DNA of 61,705 nucleotides, counting the filler, from Bdellovibrionota bacterium (GTDB lineage Bacteria; Bdellovibrionota; Bdellovibrionia; Bdellovibrionales; JAEYZS01), in assembly GCA_963169515.1 (NCBI GenBank). It is 8 parts of 8 records of this genome, joined end to end, with 100 filler letters (N's around TTAATTAATTAA, not from the genome) between each part and the next. Parts side by side here need not be neighbours in the genome. Positions count along the whole stretch, not along the records: positions 57,905 to 61,705 come from CAUJEF010000022.1; 7 more parts are not named here. One strand, written 5' to 3'. Numbering within the stretch: position 1 is the stretch's first letter; every line of letters starts with the position of its first letter. Made by a program: the position numbers and the translations under genes. Shown piece by piece: positions 61,390 to 61,705 of the stretch. The notes under the pieces were generated by a model. The model searched no databases and was not told the DNA's origin. It saw nothing but the letters and a program-made list of their open reading frames with translations.

Positions 61390-61695
61390 ATGCCGGATAA
61401 CAACTCTAATCACGATATGAAACCGCACCATCTTTACGAAATTATTGATAAAGAGGGTGAAGACGTTTTTAAATACGGTATTAGTTTTGAACCTATTGGC
61501 AAAGATGGTATGTCAGGTCGTATGCGAAAACAAATCTCATTTCTAAATCGCATCTTCGAATGGGCGCGTTTCTTTGGTCGAATCATCATTTTTGACATAC
61601 CCGGAAAGAAGGCTGCACGTGAAATAGAAACGAAACATATCAAAGATTATGAGGAAAAGAATGGCCGAAAACCTAAAGGCAATGTGAGATACTGA
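61390..61695 (+). CDS. Small stand-alone URI2/GIY-YIG-like nuclease toxin domain
   Basis: HLYEI...FKYGIS...SGRMRKQ...AREIE...PKGN fits the Y-x-KYGI-R-E-N pattern of URI-fold nucleases; basic; starts 2 nt after the DUF4240 stop. Confidence 0.65.
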   Translation: MPDNNSNHDMKPHHLYEIIDKEGEDVFKYGISFEPIGKDGMSGRMRKQISFLNRIFEWARFFGRIIIFDIPGKKAAREIETKHIKDYEEKNGRKPKGNVRY

Positions 61696-61705
61696 AAATT
61701 GTCAC

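Noticed and set aside
1..61705. tRNA, rRNA or riboswitch genes
   Set aside because: No cloverleaf, rRNA-like or known riboswitch pattern was recognised by eye in the intergenic regions; an Rfam/tRNAscan run is needed to exclude them.

Overview
The window is not one continuous locus. It is eight assembly contigs joined by seven artificial 100-nt spacers (N44-TTAATTAATTAA-N44). Contigs 1-7 (1-57804) look like core chromosome of a Bdellovibrionota-like predatory bacterium, judged by eye from gene content and order. They carry metK-lepA-lepB-lepB2-pyrB-carA-orf-carB-ABC pair-pilD-pilM; mreC-mreD-mrdA-rodA, trxA and a REC-J-domain-TPR protein; a lone CpaF/TadA ATPase, a PQQ sugar dehydrogenase lipoprotein, a kinase, eno, an outer-membrane protein, ftsB and polA; a kinase plus REC-GGDEF pair; a DUF507 pair, beta-barrels, a KamA radical SAM enzyme and uvrD/pcrA; secD-secF-recJ; and a batA-B-C-D run coupled to two GT-C-like membrane glycosyltransferases and lytic transglycosylases. 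That last contig has three in-frame TAA stops. Contig 8 (57905-61705) is different and looks Bacteroidota-like (TAnnTTTG promoters, no Shine-Dalgarno sites). It is a decaying defence/toxin-antitoxin island: an intact IS5-family element inserted in an AIPR-like gene, a family of CCCGCTGGC-headed repeats, a VbhA antitoxin whose Fic partner breaks off at a repeat, and an intact DUF4240 plus stand-alone URI2/GIY-YIG-like nuclease pair. That pair is the best candidate here for an undescribed TA or defence module. All family calls come from motifs recognised by eye; no database searches were run.
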